DNA of 64,000 nucleotides, from positions 65,837-129,836 of the forward strand of contig JACRFI010000016.1 of the NCBI GenBank assembly GCA_016217965.1, written 5' to 3'. The notes under the pieces are model-generated. The model was given only the letters and a program-made list of their open reading frames with translations. It did no database searches and was not told the origin of the DNA. The position numbers were made by a program, and so were the translations under genes. Shown one piece after another: positions 43,985-52,878 of this stretch; the stretch's first letter is position 1; every line of letters starts with the position of its first letter. The stretch is from Candidatus Kaiserbacteria bacterium. GTDB lineage: Bacteria > Patescibacteriota > Minisyncoccia > Phycocordibacterales > UBA2100.

Positions 43985-45925
43985 ATGTCCGAAGAAAAGG
44001 CTCCTGTGGGACAGAAGTCCCGAAAAGGAAAAAAGCCGAGTACACCGCCATCCGAGGGGCCAGGCATTTGGATGCAGCTTGCTGTTGCGTTTGCCGTGTT
44101 TCTCGTTCTTTCAGCCGGATACACTGCAGTACGCCAGTACCTCGATAGCAACAACGAAGAAATAGCCGTATCCCAACTCGCAGCAGACATAAAAGAAAAC
44201 AAAGTCGAGACGATAACAGTCGAAGGGGACACCATTAAGGCAACATACAAAGACAAGGCAGAAAAAACTTCTCAGAAAGAAAGCGAAGCGCCTCTTACTG
44301 AAACGCTTGAACGATACGGCCTTACGCCAGAGCAAATTGCGACAGTGAAAATAGAAATACAGGATCAGGGCGGCGTGCGTTTCTGGTTCCTCACTCTCGC
44401 GCCCCTTCTCATACCTGTCCTGCTTCTCATCGCCATCATGTGGTTCCTCTCGCGCCAGGTGCGCGGCGCGGGCATGCAAGCGTTCACGTTTGGCCGCTCA
44501 CTTGCGCGAATGATATCGCCTGATGACACGATACAGAAAGTCACATTTGCGGATGTTGCGGGCGCGAAAGAAGCGAAGTCGGAACTTCTTGAGATAGTAG
44601 ATTTTTTGAAGAATCCGAAAAAATTCATACAGATAGGTGCGCGCATTCCGAAAGGGGTACTTCTCATGGGTGCGCCTGGAACAGGAAAAACGCTTCTTGC
44701 GCGGGCAGTTGCGGGAGAAGCGGGGGTTCCATTCTTTTCCATTTCTGGCTCAGAGTTCGTTGAAATGTTCGTCGGTGTCGGCGCGTCGCGTGTCCGCGAC
44801 TTGTTCCAGACTGCGAAAAAAGCGGCACCCGCAATTGTGTTTATGGATGAAATTGATGCTGTTGGGCGAGTGCGGGGTTCAGGCGTGGGCGGTGGCAATG
44901 ATGAGCGCGAACAAACGCTAAATCAAATTCTTGTCGAAATGGATGGTTTCGAGCCGAATGAAAAAGTAATCGTGATGGCAGCATCAAACAGGCCAGATGT
45001 GCTTGATCCGGCACTCTTGAGGCCCGGACGATTCGACAGGCGCGTGACGATAGATCTTCCGGACCGTTCCGACAGAGAAGCAATTCTGAAAACGCATTCG
45101 CGGCAGAAGCCGATGGGACCTGACACGAATCTTATGGTCATCGCAGAGAGAACGCCTGGATTTTCAGGCGCGGACCTTGCGAATCTCATGAACGAGGGCG
45201 CAATCCTTGCGGCGAGGGAAGACAGGAAGGAATTGACCCAGTACGACCTCATTCGTTCGATAGAAAAAGTGATGCTTGGTCCCGAAAGGCGGAGCCATGT
45301 CCTCAATAAGAAAGAGAAAGAGATAACTGCATACCACGAAGCGGGCCACGCGCTAGTCGCTAGCGTCCTCACGTATGCCGATCCAGTCCATAAGGTTTCT
45401 ATCATTTCGCGCGGACGGGCCGCAGGCTACACACTGAAACTTCCGCTTGAAGATAGACGCATGCAATCGAAGTTGGAATTTCTGGATGACATCGCGGTTT
45501 CCCTCGGCGGTTACATTGCGGAAAAGATGGTATTCGAAGACATCACGACTGGTGCATCGAACGACCTTCAGGTTTTGTCGGCACTTGCGCGCGACATGGT
45601 CACAAAATATGGCATGTCTGACAAGATGGGACCCGTTGCGCTCGAACCCGCGCCTGGGCGCACACTTTTCGGCGCAGGAATAGAGCCGGGTGAGCAGTCA
45701 GAAGAAGTTGCTGCAGCTATTGATGGAGAGGTGAAGCTCATCGTCTCGGGTGCGTACAAACGGGCCGAAGAAGTCATGAAAAAACATCGCAAGGTCCTGG
45801 ACGCAATTGCGCATACGCTTATCGAGGTTGAGACTATCGAACGCGAGGAGTTCGAAAAGATCCTTATCGCTCATGGCATTGTTCCGAAGAAAAAACAAGA
45901 CATCGAACATCAGCCGTTAGCATAG
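43985..45925 (+). CDS. ftsH: ATP-dependent zinc metalloprotease FtsH
   Basis: [29 protein letters not shown]. Confidence 0.98.
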   Translation: MSEEKAPVGQKSRKGKKPSTPPSEGPGIWMQLAVAFAVFLVLSAGYTAVRQYLDSNNEEIAVSQLAADIKENKVETITVEGDTIKATYKDKAEKTSQKESEAPLTETLERYGLTPEQIATVKIEIQDQGGVRFWFLTLAPLLIPVLLLIAIMWFLSRQVRGAGMQAFTFGRSLARMISPDDTIQKVTFADVAGAKEAKSELLEIVDFLKNPKKFIQIGARIPKGVLLMGAPGTGKTLLARAVAGEAGVPFFSISGSEFVEMFVGVGASRVRDLFQTAKKAAPAIVFMDEIDAVGRVRGSGVGGGNDEREQTLNQILVEMDGFEPNEKVIVMAASNRPDVLDPALLRPGRFDRRVTIDLPDRSDREAILKTHSRQKPMGPDTNLMVIAERTPGFSGADLANLMNEGAILAAREDRKELTQYDLIRSIEKVMLGPERRSHVLNKKEKEITAYHEAGHALVASVLTYADPVHKVSIISRGRAAGYTLKLPLEDRRMQSKLEFLDDIAVSLGGYIAEKMVFEDITTGASNDLQVLSALARDMVTKYGMSDKMGPVALEPAPGRTLFGAGIEPGEQSEEVAAAIDGEVKLIVSGAYKRAEEVMKKHRKVLDAIAHTLIEVETIEREEFEKILIAHGIVPKKKQDIEHQPLA

Positions 45926-45975
45926 CTTGTAGCTTGTAATCGTCCTAGAAGCTGACAGCTAGAAGCTAGCAGCTA
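45923..45975. repeat. 7-nt-period TAGCTTG / AGAAGCT repeat
   Basis: tagcttg-tagcttg ... agaagct-gacagct-agaagct-agcagct. Confidence 0.7.
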
Positions 45976-45985
45976 TACTGGGGGC

Positions 45986-46249
45986 ATGGCGGACTACAAA
46001 CTTCCGGAGCCGGAAGATGAATTTGTTTCAGGAACGAAACCGAATTACTCCAAAACTGTCGCTGCGCACGTAAAAGATTTTACGGGCAAGATACGCCTCG
46101 CCAATACCATACAGCGGCTTGATGCATTGAAGCGCGACATCATCCGCTCTGACCTCGCAAATAATTTTCCCGCGAAAGAAGAACTGCGCAGGGCAGCGAA
46201 CGCAAGGGCAAAAGAGCTGGGTTTCAAGGGTGGAACATGGTGGAACTAA
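45986..46249 (+). CDS. Hypothetical protein (87 aa)
   Basis: TATACT-6nt-ATG; open frame. Confidence 0.7.
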   Translation: MADYKLPEPEDEFVSGTKPNYSKTVAAHVKDFTGKIRLANTIQRLDALKRDIIRSDLANNFPAKEELRRAANARAKELGFKGGTWWN

Positions 46250-46437
46250 ATATCTCGCAGCAATCTGGCGAGATATTTAGTTTTTGAGACCCGTCGGTTC
46301 TCAACGCTTGTCCACCAAGGTGGACTCCCGGCTCTCCTCGACGGGGAACCGAATGCGGTTCCCCGACCCCCTCCGCGCTTTGCGCAACGCGCAAAGATTA
46401 GCTGGAGAGACGGGGTTATGGTTAAATAACCCATGCT

Positions 46438-47829
46438 ATGAAGCCGGTCACCATCGAAGGGTTGATCGCAGGACATGATAAGAAGCCTTTTTGCGCCGTT
46501 GTTGAAGTGGATAGTAAGGGATTAATCTCAAAAATCTCGAAGCCAAAGAAAGGTTTTAAGGCAACACACACATTTGGAGACGACTGCTTAATTTTCCCAG
46601 GATTCGGCGACGTGCATATTCATGCTAGGGAAGACGACACAGGTAAGCAGGTTTACAAGGAAGAATATAAGACTGCGGCGGATGCGGCGCTTCACGGAGG
46701 CGTCGTGCATGTATCCGCCATGCCAAACACGCCGAATCCTGTCGTCGGCAAGGAACAGTTCGCGTGGCATCGCAACCGTGTGCGCCAACTAAACCACTCT
46801 GTTTCCATATTGAACTACCTCGGCATTGATTCGAAAACGAAACCGCTCGGAAAACCCGGCGAACATTTCTATAAGTTGTATTTTGGAAAATCAGTCGGGG
46901 ACCTCACGGTTACATATGGGAACGAACTTGACGTGATACTTTCGAAATACAAAAAGCACGATATTTCGTTCCATGTCGAATACGAACCGGTAGTGCAAGC
47001 GCACGCATCCGGAAAAACACACACACAGCGCCGTCCTCTCGAATGTGTAAATGAGGGGTTGAAGATATTGCTGCCACTCATCGAGAAATACAAAATACGC
47101 GCGAAACTGTGCCATTGGTCCATCGGGGGGACTAGTTTCAAGATGATAGCTGCGGCGAGAAAGCGCGGCGCAAACATCGTACTCGAAGTTTCCCCGCTGC
47201 ATCTTCTTTTCGACACATCTATGACGGATGCAGACCCGTCGCTGTGGACTAAGATACAAATGAACCCCGCAGTTCAAGCGCCGGAACATCGGAAAGACCT
47301 CATAAAAGGTTTGAAAAACGGCTTCATTCAATTCCTGGCCACCGACCACGCGCCACATACGGAAGAAGAGAAATTTTCTGCGTTCACAAAATTTGCACAT
47401 GAGTATCCCGGAAAAAATAACAAAGAAATTTCCGAGATAATAAAAAAGAAAGACAGGAAATTATTTCTCGACACTTGTTGCGAGAATAACCACAGTGGCG
47501 CGCCATGGCTTGATACCTATGCGCTTGTTGCTACTTGGCTCATGAAGGAACACAACTTCACCGCGCAAGATATCGCACGCGCCGCCGCGTACTTTCCTGG
47601 GAAATTCGTGAATCCACATTTGAAGCGGCAATTCCCAAAGCAAAATTTTGGGAAGGGTTTTGGCGAAATAAAAAAAGGATTCGTTGGCTCTCTTACGGTC
47701 CTGAACCTGAAGAAGAAAACGAAAGTGAATCGCAACGATCTGCGGACAAAAGTAAAATGGTCAGCTCTCGAAGGGCGAGAAATGCCGGGAAGTATTGAGG
47801 CTGTATTTATCCGTGGAAAACGTATATAG
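46438..47829 (+). CDS. Amidohydrolase, dihydroorotase/allantoinase-like
   Basis: PGFGDVHIHARE, MPNT.NP, EVSPLHL, MNP, ATDHAPH. Confidence 0.85.
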   Translation: MKPVTIEGLIAGHDKKPFCAVVEVDSKGLISKISKPKKGFKATHTFGDDCLIFPGFGDVHIHAREDDTGKQVYKEEYKTAADAALHGGVVHVSAMPNTPNPVVGKEQFAWHRNRVRQLNHSVSILNYLGIDSKTKPLGKPGEHFYKLYFGKSVGDLTVTYGNELDVILSKYKKHDISFHVEYEPVVQAHASGKTHTQRRPLECVNEGLKILLPLIEKYKIRAKLCHWSIGGTSFKMIAAARKRGANIVLEVSPLHLLFDTSMTDADPSLWTKIQMNPAVQAPEHRKDLIKGLKNGFIQFLATDHAPHTEEEKFSAFTKFAHEYPGKNNKEISEIIKKKDRKLFLDTCCENNHSGAPWLDTYALVATWLMKEHNFTAQDIARAAAYFPGKFVNPHLKRQFPKQNFGKGFGEIKKGFVGSLTVLNLKKKTKVNRNDLRTKVKWSALEGREMPGSIEAVFIRGKRI

Positions 47830-47836
47830 TCACCCT

Positions 47837-48985
47837 ATGAACAAGAATGACACTGCTAAGAAGGCCCTAGCGCTCCATAAAAAACTCGGCGGGAAAATAC
47901 GGATATCGCCAGCAACGCCCGTCCGGAACAGGGTCGACCTGTCGCTTGTATATACCCCTGGTGTTGGATATGTCTCGTCGTATGTTGCGAAGCATAAAAA
48001 GGACGCGCGCGAGTACACGATGAAAGGCCGCATGGTTGCAGTGATATCCGACGGTTCTGCGGTTCTTGGGCTGGGGAACATCGGTGCGCTCGGCGCGCTT
48101 CCCGTGATGGAAGGAAAAGCTGCGCTATTCAAGACGTTTGCCGATGTGGACGCATTTCCCATCGTTCTCGATACGCAAGATGCGGATGAGATAGTGGATA
48201 CAGTGCTCCGCATTGCGCCCGGGTTTGGCGGTATCAACCTCGAAGACATCGCGGCGCCGAAATGTTTTGAAATTGAACGAAAGCTGATAGAGCGTCTCGA
48301 TATACCGGTGATGCATGATGACCAACACGGCACTGCCATTGTCGTTCTTGCGGGGCTCATTAACGCGATGAAGGTTGTAAAGAAAGATATGAATAGGAGT
48401 ACGGTTACCGTTTCCGGTGTTGGTGCAGCGGGCGTAGCAACAATGAAACTGCTCAAGAAATATGCGCCAAAGGTTAGGATTCTTGCTGTGGATAGCACGG
48501 GAATCGTGTGGAGCGGGCGAGATGACCTGAATTCGACGAAAAAAGAACTCATAAAGCACAAGATCATTTTCTCAGATACAGGCGGAGATCTGGAGAAGGC
48601 GCTTATCGATTCCGACGTATTCCTTGGCCTTTCTCGCCCGGGAGTCATCAACGCCGCTATGATCAAGAAAATGGCAAAGGACCCGATCATATTCGCGATG
48701 GCGAATCCGACGCCCGAGATAATGCCGGATGAAGCGAAAAAAGGTGGGGCGAAAGTCATTGCAACCGGCAGGTCTGATTTCCCGAATCAGGTAAATAATT
48801 CTCTCTCATTCCCTGGAGTATTTCGTGGCGCGCTCGACAATGGTGTTCGGAAAATAACAGATGATATGAAGATCAACGCTGCCAAAGCTATTGCGAGCCT
48901 CATTCAAAAGCCGACAACGCAAAAGATTCTTCCCGATATGTTCGACAAGCGAGTTGCGAAAAACGTCGCGCGTGCTATACGTTAG
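47837..48985 (+). CDS. NAD(P)-dependent malic enzyme
   Basis: YTPGV, PVMEGKA, INLEDI, HDDQHGT, ATGRSDFPNQVNN. Confidence 0.95.
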   Translation: MNKNDTAKKALALHKKLGGKIRISPATPVRNRVDLSLVYTPGVGYVSSYVAKHKKDAREYTMKGRMVAVISDGSAVLGLGNIGALGALPVMEGKAALFKTFADVDAFPIVLDTQDADEIVDTVLRIAPGFGGINLEDIAAPKCFEIERKLIERLDIPVMHDDQHGTAIVVLAGLINAMKVVKKDMNRSTVTVSGVGAAGVATMKLLKKYAPKVRILAVDSTGIVWSGRDDLNSTKKELIKHKIIFSDTGGDLEKALIDSDVFLGLSRPGVINAAMIKKMAKDPIIFAMANPTPEIMPDEAKKGGAKVIATGRSDFPNQVNNSLSFPGVFRGALDNGVRKITDDMKINAAKAIASLIQKPTTQKILPDMFDKRVAKNVARAIR

Positions 48986-48990
48986 AGCGA

Positions 48991-49962
48991 ATGAACAGCG
49001 ATCGCCCCATCAAGATATTTACAGGCGTCGCAGGAAAGGCGATGGGGGAGGCGGTATGCAAGCACCTTGGTATAGAGCTTGGCCAGGCACACGTCGGGCG
49101 TTTCAAAGACGGCGAGGTGCAAATACAGATATTGGAGAATGTGCGTGACACGGATGTATTCATAATCAATCCCACGAATCCTCCCGCTGAGAACTTGCTT
49201 GAGATGGTATTTCTCGCAGAAGCCGCCCATGACTCTTCGGCTGGGCGCATCACACTCGTCCCGACGTATTTGGGATACAACCGGCAGGACAGAAAAGACA
49301 GGCCCCGCGTTGCAACGAGCGCCCGCGTCGTCATTGAACTTCTTGCCCGGTCCGGAGCAGACCGCGCGCTTCTATTTGATCTTCATTCTGAGCCGACCGC
49401 TGGCTTTTTCCATCCGCTTATGGTGGATCATCTGTATTCTTCGTCGGTGACTGTTCCGTACTTGAAGAAAGTTCTCTCCAGCGAGTCCATACTCGCAGCT
49501 CCTGATAAAGGCGGTGTGTATCGTGCCGAAGCATATGCCCGCCGGCTTGGTCACGACGACTTTGTTGTATTTTTCAAAAGCCGTTCAGCGCCGGGGGAGG
49601 TGAAGCGCGAATCTATAAAAATTATCGGAAGCGTGGAAGGCAAAGATGTATTGTTTGTCGACGACATGATCGATTCTGGCGGAACGATGCTTGCAGACGT
49701 AGATGCTGCGAAACAAGCAGGAGCGAAGAAAGTGATGTGCTACGCGACGCACGCCGTATTCGCGTCGGATCCGAGGAAGGTCATCGAAGCCTTCGATGCG
49801 AGTGCCGTAGACGAACTCATCATCACCGACACAATTCCCCACGACCCAGAGCTCCTTAAATCGAAGCGAGTAAAAATAACGGTTCTCTCTATGGCGGAGC
49901 TGGTTGCAGAAGGCATTAGGCGGTTGCACGAAGGGAAGTCCTTGTCGGAGTTGATCCGCTAG
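48991..49962 (+). CDS. prs: Ribose-phosphate pyrophosphokinase
   Basis: FKDGE, RQDRK, DLHS, VDDMIDSGGT. Confidence 0.95.
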   Translation: MNSDRPIKIFTGVAGKAMGEAVCKHLGIELGQAHVGRFKDGEVQIQILENVRDTDVFIINPTNPPAENLLEMVFLAEAAHDSSAGRITLVPTYLGYNRQDRKDRPRVATSARVVIELLARSGADRALLFDLHSEPTAGFFHPLMVDHLYSSSVTVPYLKKVLSSESILAAPDKGGVYRAEAYARRLGHDDFVVFFKSRSAPGEVKRESIKIIGSVEGKDVLFVDDMIDSGGTMLADVDAAKQAGAKKVMCYATHAVFASDPRKVIEAFDASAVDELIITDTIPHDPELLKSKRVKITVLSMAELVAEGIRRLHEGKSLSELIR

Positions 49963-49997
49963 CGCAGAAAGCGAGACCTGACTATAATCCGAACGTT

Positions 49998-50071
49998 CCG
50001 CCTGTAGCTCAGTTGGTTAGAGCACGGAGCTTATACCTCCGCGGTCCTTGGTTCGAGTCCAAGCAGGCGGA
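49998..50071 (+). tRNA. tRNA-Ile (anticodon UAU)
   Basis: Acceptor ccgcctg/caggcgg; anticodon arm cggag-CT TAT AC-ctccg; GTTCGAGTC T-arm; TATAAT at 49983. Confidence 0.93.
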
Positions 50072-50072
50072 C

Positions 50073-50420
50073 ATGAATACCTATCGAGGCACGGTGCAAA
50101 AAGGCATCGGGCATGCGAAGCATCTGGGGTTTTCAACCATCAATATTCCGTTTACAGGTGGCGATATCACTGGCGTGCACGCTGCCAAAGTTGCTATCGG
50201 CGATACCGTGTATCAGGCTGCAGCCTTTGTGAATAGCGATCGGAATATTTTGGAAGCGCATCTGTTGGATTTTTCTGGCGAAGACTTGCTAGGGAAAGAA
50301 GCCGTTATCAATCTTGAAAAGAAGCTGCGTGATGCGGTGGTATTTGGTGATGATGTCGAAGCAAAAGAAATAATAGCGAGAGATGTAGACATGGTCCGGG
50401 AGTTCTATAAGCTGGGCTAA
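50073..50420 (+). CDS. Stand-alone riboflavin kinase domain
   Basis: G.V.KG....LGFSTINI, LEAHLLDFSG, LR....F; next to rib genes. Confidence 0.85.
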   Translation: MNTYRGTVQKGIGHAKHLGFSTINIPFTGGDITGVHAAKVAIGDTVYQAAAFVNSDRNILEAHLLDFSGEDLLGKEAVINLEKKLRDAVVFGDDVEAKEIIARDVDMVREFYKLG

Positions 50421-51004
50421 TGTTCACTGGTATCGTTGAAAAGAGAGGCGAAATACTGTCCGCAAAGCAGAAGGGCATGAGCCGCGTTATTCGTGTTGAA
50501 AAGCCCGCGAGCTGGATACTCAAGAAAGGGCAAAGCATCGCAGTGGATGGTATTTGCTCCACGGTGCAAAAGTTTGGGCCGCGGTATTTTGAAGTTACGT
50601 ACATGCCTGAAACATTGATGCGGACTATCGCGCGCGGTTATGTCAGGGGCCGCGTCGTGAATCTTGAGCGTTCGCTGAAGTTGGGAAGTGCGGTTGAGGG
50701 CCACCTCGTGCAAGGACACATCGACACGCAGGGGAAGGTCGTGCGCGTAGTGCCGAGAGGTTCTTCGCGTGAAGTATCAATACGAATTTCTTCTCGGCTC
50801 ATGCCATTCGTTGCACGGAAGGGTTCCATATCTGTGAACGGTGTCTCGCTCACTGTTGCTTCGCTCGGCAAGAATATCTTTACCGTAGCGCTCGTGCCAT
50901 ATACGCTCGAACACACGAACCTTGGCGGCCTGAAGAGCGGTAGTGAAGTAAATATCGAGACCGACATGATCGCGCGCTATCTCGCGAGGCTCGTGAATAG
51001 GTGA
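50420..51004 (+). CDS. ribE: Riboflavin synthase (alpha chain)
   Basis: MFTGIVE, VNLERS, GHLVQGH, VNIETD. Confidence 0.95.
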   Translation: MFTGIVEKRGEILSAKQKGMSRVIRVEKPASWILKKGQSIAVDGICSTVQKFGPRYFEVTYMPETLMRTIARGYVRGRVVNLERSLKLGSAVEGHLVQGHIDTQGKVVRVVPRGSSREVSIRISSRLMPFVARKGSISVNGVSLTVASLGKNIFTVALVPYTLEHTNLGGLKSGSEVNIETDMIARYLARLVNR

Positions 51005-51018
51005 TAAGGTTTTCTCCA

Positions 51019-51480
51019 ATGCAGAGAAAACACTACGCGTTGCCCGTTCGAGCGAAAGACGCTTCCAAACTGCGGGTCGGCATAGTGATCTCTCGGTTCA
51101 ATGCCGACATTACCGATAATCTCCTCTGCGGTGCTCGTGAGACATTGGAACAATGGGGCGTTAAAAAGGCGAATGTACATGTCTTTCATGTGCCGGGAAG
51201 TTTTGAGCTTCCGCTCGGCGCGCTGAAGCTTATCCGCAAGAAAAAACTTGATTGTATAGTCGCGCTTGGTTGTGTCATAAAAGGAGAGACGAAACATGAT
51301 GAATACATTGCTTCTGCGGTTTCCCATGGGTTTATCCGGCTTATGCTTGATCACGCTATCCCGATCGGATTTGGCGTTATTACGCCGAATAGCCTCGCGC
51401 AGGCGAAAGTGCGTTCTCGTGGAAAAACAAACAAAGGTTCCGAGGCCACAATAGCCGCTCTCGAAATGGCGCTTCTCTAA
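51019..51480 (+). CDS. ribH: 6,7-dimethyl-8-ribityllumazine synthase
   Basis: SRFN, VPGSFELP, GCVIKGET.H, NKG.EA. Confidence 0.95.
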   Translation: MQRKHYALPVRAKDASKLRVGIVISRFNADITDNLLCGARETLEQWGVKKANVHVFHVPGSFELPLGALKLIRKKKLDCIVALGCVIKGETKHDEYIASAVSHGFIRLMLDHAIPIGFGVITPNSLAQAKVRSRGKTNKGSEATIAALEMALL

Positions 51481-51530
51481 CGTGTGAATTCTTGGGTTGC
51501 ATGCTAGGTGTACCGTGCGACAATACTCGC

Positions 51531-52874
51531 ATGCGAAAAATTCTCCTTGGGTGCGCTCTTTTCTGTGCATGTGTGCCGTTCGTTGCAGGCGCACTCACGG
51601 TGGATGAGCTCCGCGCCCAAATAGAGGATCTCTTGCGGCAAATTGATGCCCTGCAACAGCAACTTGGCGGAGGGCAAACTACTCCCCAAACGGGAGGTAT
51701 GACATACATACCGCCGTCCGCGACGCCTACTGCAGTTCCCGCGTCATTTGATTGCCCATACATCAGCCGTTCCCTCAAGATCGGAAGTTCGGGGGATGAT
51801 GTTGCAAGGCTCCAACAATTTCTTGCGTTTGATCCGTCACTGTACCCAGAAGCACAAGTCAGCGGCTATTATGGCGCACTCACCGAAGCCGCCATACGTC
51901 GATTCCAATGCAAGAATAAGATCGTGTGTGATGGAACTCCTGCAGCCACCGGGTATGGTGTCACAGGTCCGCGCACTGCCTCGCTTCTCGCGCTCCAGTG
52001 CGCCGATAGGGCGGGGCAGGGGCAAGCGAGCGGATTCATACGGGTAACTCCAATTTCGGGTGCAGCTCCGCTTCCTGTTGCCGTGGAAGCTACGGTGAAC
52101 ACATCACGATCGTGTGCAGCAGCGACCTATGAGCTTGATTTTGGGGACCAAGCAGCAAGGATTCCTATCCACGTGCCTGCGAATACGTGCAACGAGCTTC
52201 GCCAGACGTTCAGTCACACGTACGTCTCTGGCGGTGTCTTTACTATTTTGCTTCGCTCCGGCACGCATCAGGTGTCAGCAAATGTCAGCGTCTCGGGAGG
52301 AAGCGGCCAGACTGGGGACACGATGTACGCATCGCCCACGTCAGGGGCTAGGCCGCTTCAGGCCACATTCACGGGTGTCGTGAACGCAGCGGGTGTGTGT
52401 GATTCGGGGCAGTACTCCATAAATTTCGGTGACGGACAAACTGCGACAATAAATCTGTCGGGCTGCACGCCGAATAGTTACAGCATCACGCACCGCTATG
52501 ATTCATCAGGAAATTTTATCGCGCGTTTATACCGAGGCGGGACAGAAGTACGAAGCGTTGGTATCACGGTTGCGGGGAGCGGGGGAAGCGGAGGAGATAC
52601 AAGCGGCGGCTATTTTGCAGTAAGCCCTGGCTTTGGCGGCGATGTTTACACAGTTGAGGCGGAATTTGAGTTGGAGAAAAGCTGCGCGCGCTATGATCTT
52701 GATTGGGGAGATGGCGCTTCCCACTCGTCTCAATCGGAGGGGAATTGCAATGGAAGCAATGTAACCAAAAAGATTACGCACACCTACGATGAATCTGGAA
52801 CGTACACGCTTGTTTTGAAACGTGGCTCGAATCTTTCTGCGGAAGATTCTGTCGGTGTTTCAATAGAATACTAA
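51531..52874 (+). CDS. Secreted protein: peptidoglycan-binding domain plus three PKD-like repeats
   Basis: GSSGDDVARLQQFL...YYGALTEAAIRRFQ; FGD/WGDG...HTY motifs. Confidence 0.85.
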   Translation: MRKILLGCALFCACVPFVAGALTVDELRAQIEDLLRQIDALQQQLGGGQTTPQTGGMTYIPPSATPTAVPASFDCPYISRSLKIGSSGDDVARLQQFLAFDPSLYPEAQVSGYYGALTEAAIRRFQCKNKIVCDGTPAATGYGVTGPRTASLLALQCADRAGQGQASGFIRVTPISGAAPLPVAVEATVNTSRSCAAATYELDFGDQAARIPIHVPANTCNELRQTFSHTYVSGGVFTILLRSGTHQVSANVSVSGGSGQTGDTMYASPTSGARPLQATFTGVVNAAGVCDSGQYSINFGDGQTATINLSGCTPNSYSITHRYDSSGNFIARLYRGGTEVRSVGITVAGSGGSGGDTSGGYFAVSPGFGGDVYTVEAEFELEKSCARYDLDWGDGASHSSQSEGNCNGSNVTKKITHTYDESGTYTLVLKRGSNLSAEDSVGVSIEY

Positions 52875-52878
52875 ATGT

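Noticed and set aside
50013-50072. ORF-track extension of the riboflavin kinase
   Set aside because: This sequence is the tRNA-Ile gene.
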